DNA from: Dudresnaya verticillata
Taxonomy: Eukaryota
Length of the DNA: 64,000 nucleotides
NCBI GenBank assembly: GCA_977862235.1
Contig: OZ374559.1
Span: forward strand, 2,852,001 to 2,916,000
Direction of reading: 5' to 3'
The notes under the pieces were generated by a model that searched no databases, was not told the origin of the DNA, and saw only the letters and a list, made by a program, of their open reading frames with translations. Both the position numbers and the translations under genes were made by a program. Shown here piece by piece: positions 56,674-64,000 of this stretch. Numbering within the stretch: the first letter of the stretch is position 1; every line of letters begins with the position of its first letter.

Positions 56674-58369
56674 ACAACGCCTAGCAGCTAACGCTAAACT
56701 CCAATTAAATAGCAGACAGTATCAAAAGGACAAACGAATTTGTCATGCGTCCTTGAATGCTTTCAACGTTGTCCAAGGTCCGCGTATTCCATCGAAGTTG
56801 AGAACAATGTTGGCAGAGAGGAACCGAGAGGAAATATGTCGCCATCCCGGACGATATCGGTGCAGCCGCTTCTTCTGCTTGAATTGATGAAGTCTTTCGA
56901 ACGTTTCAACGAAGAACTTTACCAAGTATGGGCGAGACTTGGAAGAAACAGGAAAGCTACTGCGTACTGGTCATCGGACGGTCTTGGATGGGGCGGTGAG
57001 GGGTTGTTGCAGCATGACGGATCAATAGACCTCAGAAAGATGAAAGAGGCTGGACGAGAGGAAGGCAGTGAGGGAGCTTTGGGACCGGCGATGTCTAACG
57101 GGAGACAGGAACAGGAAGATGACAACGTTTACCATATGTTCGATTCTTGGAGCGCAAGTACGTTGAAGATGTATGCATAGAACAAGGAAGGCGTTCAGCA
57201 GAACGATAAGGAAAAGAGGGGAACAAGAAGCTTCTAAACGAGGCCTTCTCCGGACTTGGCAAGGATCTCGTATCAGCCATTAGTCGCTACTATCCTCGAA
57301 AGGAAAAATATCTTGCGAAGAAGGTGTTGCTCAAGTCCAAGTTCTAGCTTGCCGAATTGGTTGACCACCGTGAGATCTTTTAATCAAGAGCTGAAGAATG
57401 CATCCCGTGGTTTGAATAAACATCGCACAGGGAGCAAGGGAAAGACGAATTGTCGCAGGGAGCACCGCGGGAAGAGGGAATCGACTGCAAAGGACAGTGG
57501 GTCAGGGCCAGCAAAACAGTAGTCAACTTATTGCATCGTTATCTTCATAAATGTATTCTGCACTTCTTCTTGTTTTACCACACTTGTTCTTGAAAGCCCC
57601 GAACTCGGGTTCGACCGGATTGGGGGCCGCGAACTGCGAGGGACAGCATGCGGGGCAGTCAGCAGGGGACTGCGTGATCGAGCGGGATGTCCAGCGGTGG
57701 GGCGGGGTGCTTACTGTGTGTACAGTTTGCGGCAATGCGTCGGTGTAGAGCACGCGGGGCAGGCGTGCACAAGGAGGGGCATTGAGCAGCGAGGCGGGGC
57801 ATCGACAGGCCGATTGTTGACTGCCGGGGCGGGTCGCTGACCGACGGGGCGGGTGGTCGATTAGCGGGACTGCTCGAAGGCCAGGGGCCCCGCTCGGGGC
57901 ATGCAAGTGGCGGGAAGAAGAACTACTACAGGAGGGGGGCGCAGAGTCTGGTCTGACTCGCAGGAGAACCCTCCTCCTCATCATCATCATGCTCGAGGTC
58001 GGCGGGGGCAGGAAGTGCGAGGCGGCGGCGGTGCGGCGGTGCGGCGGCGGTGTGTTGGTGGTTGAGAGGGGGAGAGGGAGGGGGTTGAGGAGGGAGAGAG
58101 CGCAGGGAAGGAGAGGGAGGGGTGGTTGTGGGGGGCTGGGAGACGGGAGGAGGGGGACGAAAGAGGGCGATAATCGCGGCATGATGGATGCACTCGCGTG
58201 CGCCCCAGCGCACGGGATTTTGTAGTTTATAGAAGTGTGAGTTCCGGTATGGTGACGTGCGCGTCCGCGCTATAAAGAAGGCGCGGTAGGTGGGGGAAGG
58301 CCATGAATAACGGTGGAGGAGGCGGGAAAACGGCGGTCGGCGTGATCAATTGGCCACATCAATACAAAT

Positions 58370-58530
58370 GTGCTGGCAATGAAATTAGCAATACGTTGGG
58401 CGCCGACTTCAAAGCCAGATCCAACACGGCCATAGACATCTACAACCATAGGATGGAGAACCATATCCAAACTAGCGCATACGCGGCGGCAATTTGAGCG
58501 TTTGACACGTTCGCGAGCTTCAATAGCTTG
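58370..58530 (-). mobile_element. CRE-like LINE RLE fragment
   Basis: EARERVKRSNCRRVCASLDMVLHPMVVDVYGRVGSGFEVGAQRIANFIA, homologous to the end of ORF 9672-10595. Confidence 0.75.
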
Positions 58531-59091
58531 GCCAGTAACGCGACCAGTGGAACCATGAATAGAATGGGGACTGAAGAACAGAAACCCTTTAAGGGGCTTC
58601 TCTCTTGTTCTTTAATAAAGGCCTCCTCTCTCAATACAAATTGATCATCAAACAGCGTGGTCGGTGTGTCCGTCGCATGTTGTAGGTGTGCACAGTGGAA
58701 AGGGGCACGGGATCAAAGGTCGTGTTTGCCATTTCCTTCGACTAGGCCGGAACATCCGTGCGATCGGATTGTTCAGGATGGTCCGGGGGCGGGAGCGGGC
58801 GGTGTGGGAAGCCGCTGCTCAGGCGAGGATGCGGGCACCGCGGATGACGGATCGCACCAAGACAGCTACGAGCGGGCGGTATATCAGACGGCTGATCAGG
58901 GCACGATCCCAGGGCGCCACAAGTGCACTAAGAACTATGGCAACGCGTGCGGGAGGGAAGAGAACAGATGCACACAAGAGCATCCGCTCCGCAGCTGCCA
59001 GTCGCCACGCCGCCTCCACAGCAGACCCGCTCGTTCCGCGCCTCCGGCAAATCCCCAGCCTCCAGCGCTACGCGGCACGCCTCGCCACTGA

Positions 59092-59346
59092 GGAGATCTA
59101 TGGTGCCATTGGTTCTGGGCTCGATCGAGGCGCTCAGCGCGTGGCGAATTTCCTAGCTACTATGAAGGGTACTTCGCCGATATCTGAGAAACTATCTCTT
59201 CTCACCCACCTCACCTCTCTTGTACTTCAATCTGTTGCGGTGGCTGTTAACCGCCGTTTACTCTTCGACCGTCGCCTTTCAGATGAGTTTTAGATAAGCC
59301 CCCTTGCGGGGCTGTAGTCTTTCCTATGCATAAAGGTCTCCATCAC
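59092..59346 (+). mobile_element. 5'-truncated CRE-like LINE 3' end
   Basis: EIYGAIGSGLDRGAQRVANFLATMKGTSPISEKLSLL...AVAVNRR; UTR ends TAAAGGTCTCCATCA like the 3229 copy. Confidence 0.8.
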
Positions 59347-59866
59347 CTTTTCAACTCTGCATCGTCAAGAAGCCTACGAATGCTGACAAGCAATCTCGAA
59401 AGCAACGGCTCAGTTTATTCCCAATAACAGTAGAAACAGACTCGTAAATAAGGCGAGTCTCTTAATGGGTGGGGAAGATGCCGTTCTCCGCAGCAGAAAT
59501 GAAGTTCGCTTAAATGGGTGACGAAATGACTCGCAATGTTTCTATCACCATCGCGGGAAGTTCGAAGGGAATTTCGTACAGACGAAGAGAGTGATGGCCT
59601 GGTTCAGCTCGAGAGCCTGCATGGGGTGGAAATCGCCAGGATCAGGTGAATATGTGGCAGATCCCTAGCCGTGGTCTAACCTGGGAACTGTGCGTGGGAG
59701 AAACTGATGTCCTCCTCCTTTATTGTAGGAGAGGGCCATACCCGATGGCTTAAGTACCGTAGAATAAGCGGTGCGATGCTGGGCTGCACCCGGTCGATGA
59801 TGACCGGCTGTACGTGTGCTACAGGTGTAGGCTGTCCGCGTGGATTCTAAATGTCAACTACCAGAA

Positions 59867-59930
59867 CTCTCTAGGCCATATCGCTAGTGGCCTACAAACG
59901 CTCTGGGCCATATCGCTAGTGGCCTACAAA
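59867..59930. repeat. Tandem duplication of about 32 bp
   Basis: GGCCATATCGCTAGTGGCCTACAAA occurs twice. Confidence 0.85.
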
Positions 59931-60540
59931 TATAAATGTTTACTCAACTTTAGAGTGTTTAGAGTGTACTCGCCTCGTCCAGGAGCAGGTCGACGGGACA
60001 ACCGAGTAGGGCTCTGAAATGAGTTTAGGTCACTAATACACGCACATGGGCCTTCAAGTCGCCCCGCCCGATCGGGACCACCTAAAACAACCATTAAAAG
60101 TTTACTATCACTAAGCTTCACTACTAGGTCAAAGCGGAAGCGTTAGTTGTTTTTTTGGTAGTGAGCGTAATCCACCAGGGGAGGAAAATCAAAAACAAAG
60201 GGAGCAGCCACTAAAGTAAACCGTCGCACTGGATCTGGTCTTGCTGGTAGTGACATATCCTATTAGTGAGATGGACATGCAGGCAGGATGGATCAATGGA
60301 GAAGTGTGGTTGATGCTTTAGAAGAGAATTTGTTGCTGGAAACATGGAGGTACTTTGTATGTAAGTTTGTAAAATGATGCATTACAACCTCGAGAGTAGG
60401 AAGATTTGAATAAAGGGATAAAGGGATGAAGTGCTTGAAAAGCATAAAACGTTTTATACATTAGTCTGCATTTTTGCTTACTTTATACAATTAGTGGCAC
60501 AAGCAAAGGATGTTCATGTTATGTATTACTGCCAGCAAGA

Positions 60541-61032
60541 CTAAGGACCTCCAGTCTCTTCCAGAATCAGAATGGCAATCTCGATCGCGATTATCAAGAT
60601 CTTCAAGACCAGAATCCAAGGGAACCGCACCGCCTTGGCCAACAGTTCCATCCTTCCCATATTCTTGTCCAAGGATGTGACCTGTACGAGCTGTCGGAAG
60701 GTGCCCTTTAGATCGCTGTTGACGCAAGAAATCGAGCTCTGCACAAGAGATTTCAATTGCACCACGCCCTTGGACATAAATGGTTCGCAGAAAGCATTCG
60801 ACACAAAGGCAGACCGTCCAAACACTTGAATACAAAGCGAATGGAGCTCCTTCGTCATCCTTCCGTTCTTGTAGATTATGTGACACATAAATCCTGAAGA
60901 ATGGATCATGGTGTCGCTTGAGCACGTGTTACTGAGAGCATGAGAAACCTCGGAGATTGGCTTGAGACTGACAGCTGTGCAGGTGCCAATGATGGTGCAC
61001 AGGATAGATGAGATGAGGAAGGATTTCTTCAT
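60541..61032 (-). CDS. Secreted Cys-rich protein (163 aa) with C-terminal hydrophobic helix; paralog A
   Basis: Signal MKKSFLISSILCTIIGTCTA; shares MC...G.MT.EL.SLC..VFGRS......CEPFM..G......SLV.S...C and FPW.LVLKIL.IAIEI with 63451-63981. Confidence 0.85.
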   Translation of the reverse strand: MKKSFLISSILCTIIGTCTAVSLKPISEVSHALSNTCSSDTMIHSSGFMCHIIYKNGRMTKELHSLCIQVFGRSAFVSNAFCEPFMSKGVVQLKSLVQSSISCVNSDLKGTFRQLVQVTSLDKNMGRMELLAKAVRFPWILVLKILIIAIEIAILILEETGGP

Positions 61033-63450
61033 CTTGTTGGTTGCTGTAGATGAACCCCGAATGGCAGATTGTGCGTATACGGATTGCGTATAGCAGTTGG
61101 TTTGTGTAACACAGACTTGACTTCTGGTTAGCACGACTTGGTTATGTGTGGGTGATCTCGGATTCTTTAGCCGATTGCAGAGACGATTTGTTGTGTTGGA
61201 GAGTTGCTTGTTCGCGTCGATTGCTGTTGGTTTCTGATCCTGATTGCAACCCCGGGTTGGGCGTGCTCTGTGGTTTTTATAGAAGAGGATCAAATGTTAC
61301 GCTTGCACATGGTAGCAAGCCCCTGAAACTCAGGATCTAGGTCTAATGCATTCGACTACAAACAAACGCCTTTACCGTTCGCTCGGAAAGACTCACTTGT
61401 GCCTATGATTGTCGGCATTCATAATCGTAGCCACAGGATGAAACAATATTGAAAGTGCTTGCGCCAACAACAGGCTCCCTGCCTCACGTTTCACCTCGGC
61501 ATCGCGCACAACGTTCACGTCTCCTTTTTTTGTTACAGCCGCCTCTCCTTCCGCCTCCCTACATCCTCCCCCTCTTTCTCGTTTGGCCTGCGTCGTGATG
61601 TTTTACTCTTTTACTGTGCCCGCTCGTGTCAGATCTGCCGATATTTGAGATCTTTCTGGGATACTGAGCGCAGGCAACACCGTTTCAGAGAATGTGACTA
61701 TGATGGCACAATGATACATTGGCACGCGTCCAATTGCAGCAGTTTGCTCCATTTTGCATTGTATGAGTTCGAGTGAGCAGCAATACCATGTACCGTGTCT
61801 ACCTTCTTCGGCCGGTACGGGCTCAATACTCTTCATAAACTATACGGCTGTGAAATGGCATCGTATTCAAATCAAACAGCACCGTACTGAGAGTGTGATG
61901 TGCGGAAAGCGAGTGGGGCAGTCTCGAGTCTTTCGAGCACACAAGTCACACCTGATACCGTGGCGGTGTTTGCTGCTGTACAACTTGCACTGTGAGCTTT
62001 CTCATTTCTCATTTCAGCTGCAATACAACTCCGCGAAGGTGCCAACGTTCGTGAAGGGGCATACTGTGTGAATATTGTGATAGTCTGTAGAAAGTCGGAA
62101 GGGGTTTTTATCAGTTCGTTTTTATGCTGCACGAGCTTGCGAACCTCGTTGGAGGCAGCCGTGAGAGTATAACAAAGCGAGTACTTTGACAAAGGTCGGT
62201 TTGATTCACGTCGTCGGATACATTGAAACTGTATGAAGTGCTTTGAAGGTTACGGAAACGTCAATAAGGCTTTGACTGTGCGGTAATGTGTGTCTTGTCT
62301 GTGTGTGCTTTAGGTGCTCATATGTGCCATTCCGCTTTCTACGAGATGGTGGCTGAGCCAAGTGTTCCAAGGCCCCGGTCCACCTGCGGCTGTGCAAGTG
62401 GAGCAAGGTGTGACGGGAATGCAACATTCTGGAGCGAACAGGTGGCCTGGAGACGGGCAACAAGAATATGCAGTCGTCCTTAGCAGCTCAGATGTGCAGA
62501 GATATAATGCAGTGAGATTGTGGTAATGTTATATTATTACTGTTACACCATTTGTTCCCTCTTTCCGGATTTATGTGTGGTCATAGCTTTGAAACGGCAC
62601 AGCGTTCTAACAAGTGCAGGGAGCCTCGAGGTTAGAAAGGCCGCACATATCGCATGATCGCATGATGGCTAATGACTCTACCTGCAGCGTCCAAGTGAAT
62701 TGGCGGCAGAACGCTTGCTGGCGGCGGTGACGGAGAACGTGCGGTAGCAGTTGAAGCTACGAGATTTGTGTAACGTGTCAAGACAAAAGGTTCAGCTGCT
62801 GTGAACTGCAGCTACGAATGCCAAAGGCTATCACCGCATATCACTGCGTGTACATACTTGGACCGTCCTGTTGGAATATCTCGGAGATGTTTCCTAGTCT
62901 TTCACTCTTCCGCCGCACTCGTTGGCCGCTGGTGTTGTGCCTAAACTACCACCGCCAGTTGGCGTCGGGTGGGCGCTCGTTCCCCCTCTCATTTTACTAG
63001 AGCGAGTGGCGCGCAACGCTTCTTCCCCGAGGTACATCACAACTTTTCTGCGGCTGTGTGCGTCAGCTGTTACGTTACGTTGGAACTGCAGCGCTGTTCT
63101 TGTTCTAGACTATAGTCGAGAATAGCCACATGCCATCGTGCTGTGTCACAGTGCGCCTCACAAAGTATGAAGTCAAGGTTTGCGAGGTCGTTGCGCCGAG
63201 ATCGTGGCGATGCTGTATGAAGTTTACTTAAGGCTATATAAGTGCTGGGCGGCTCACCAAAGACTCAAACCACCTAAATCATTGCGGTACTTCTGCACAG
63301 CAGCAAAGCACACTCTATTCACTCACACACACATTCACACAGCATACTTTCCATCTGCACCCGCACCCTTCCAGAACAACTCCTCAACACATCAACACAC
63401 CTTCTGTGCTACATTTCTATCCCGTTTACAAATCAACCCGCAACTCCAAC

Positions 63451-63981
63451 ATGAAGTTCACCACCTCTTGTTTCGCAATTTTCTTGCTCATCGCTGTCTA
63501 CGAGACGTCAGCTAAAGCTGCCTCCATTGTTTCCACACACGACGCCGTCCCTCAAAAAATAGAGCTCCATGGATCTCGCACCACAACTGGCGCATGCTCA
63601 CACGACGACCTTCTTCAGACGGCAGGATGCATGTGCTACGTTGTACAATCAAAGGGGAAGATGACACGAGAACTTTCTTCATTGTGCACTGAAGTATTCG
63701 GGCGGTCCATTTTCTATTCGGAAAAGTACTGCGAGCCGTTCATGACCGGTGGCATGACCCAGTACATGTCATTAGTCAAGAGTGCAAATACCTGCCTCAG
63801 CACCAAACTCGCTGCATCACTCCGTCAACTGTCGCGTGGATCTAAACACGAGTCGACGTCTACGGCCTTGGAACCAGGGAACAAAATGGAGCTGGAAGCG
63901 AGCGTGGTTCGTAAGTTCCCATGGAAGCTAGTACTGAAGATCTTGAAGATTGCGATCGAAATTATACTATTGTTCTTGTAG
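63451..63981 (+). CDS. Secreted Cys-rich protein (176 aa) with C-terminal cationic amphipathic helix; paralog B
   Basis: Signal MKFTTSCFAIFLLIAVYETSA; TATA CTATATAA at 63234; ends RKFPWKLVLKILKIAIEIILLFL. Confidence 0.85.
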   Translation: MKFTTSCFAIFLLIAVYETSAKAASIVSTHDAVPQKIELHGSRTTTGACSHDDLLQTAGCMCYVVQSKGKMTRELSSLCTEVFGRSIFYSEKYCEPFMTGGMTQYMSLVKSANTCLSTKLAASLRQLSRGSKHESTSTALEPGNKMELEASVVRKFPWKLVLKILKIAIEIILLFL

Positions 63982-64000
63982 TGGAGTTGGCAGATGTGTC

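Noticed and set aside
57523..58225. Pro-rich ORFs and G-rich tract
   Set aside because: Low-complexity sequence with no recognisable domain; at most an unassignable gene remnant.
60031..60268. Possible CACTA MITE (CACTAATA...TATTAGTG)
   Set aside because: Only 8 bp of inverted match and no TSD (GT vs AG).

Overview
Eukaryotic, intron-poor, transposon-dominated window; the element types are most consistent with a red alga (inference). It is a nest of insertions. (1) A young Ty3/gypsy chromovirus (3409-8865, 382-bp LTRs, GTGCC TSD) sits inside a truncated CRE-like non-LTR retroposon. (2) An apparently intact tyrosine-recombinase (DIRS-order) retrotransposon (14978-19399) is bounded by simple, identical 344-bp direct repeats. 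(3) A copia element (24781-28457) is internally deleted. (4) A 19,470-bp CACTA/EnSpm DNA transposon (33098-52567; perfect 17-bp TIRs, CT TSD) carries its transposase, several large orphan ORFs, a GC-rich repeat array and a decayed NDUFAF7/MidA copy. It splits a decayed MULE/NOF-like transposase-Ulp1 gene, which rejoins in frame when the CACTA is removed. There are also at least seven CRE-like LINE 3' remnants. Non-TE genes are an intronless secreted GH18 chitinase resembling Streptomyces ChiC (candidate horizontal transfer), a 341-aa orphan, and two divergent paralogous secreted Cys-rich proteins ending in a hydrophobic/amphipathic helix (candidate antimicrobial-peptide precursors). No database searches were possible; family calls come from motifs read by eye.
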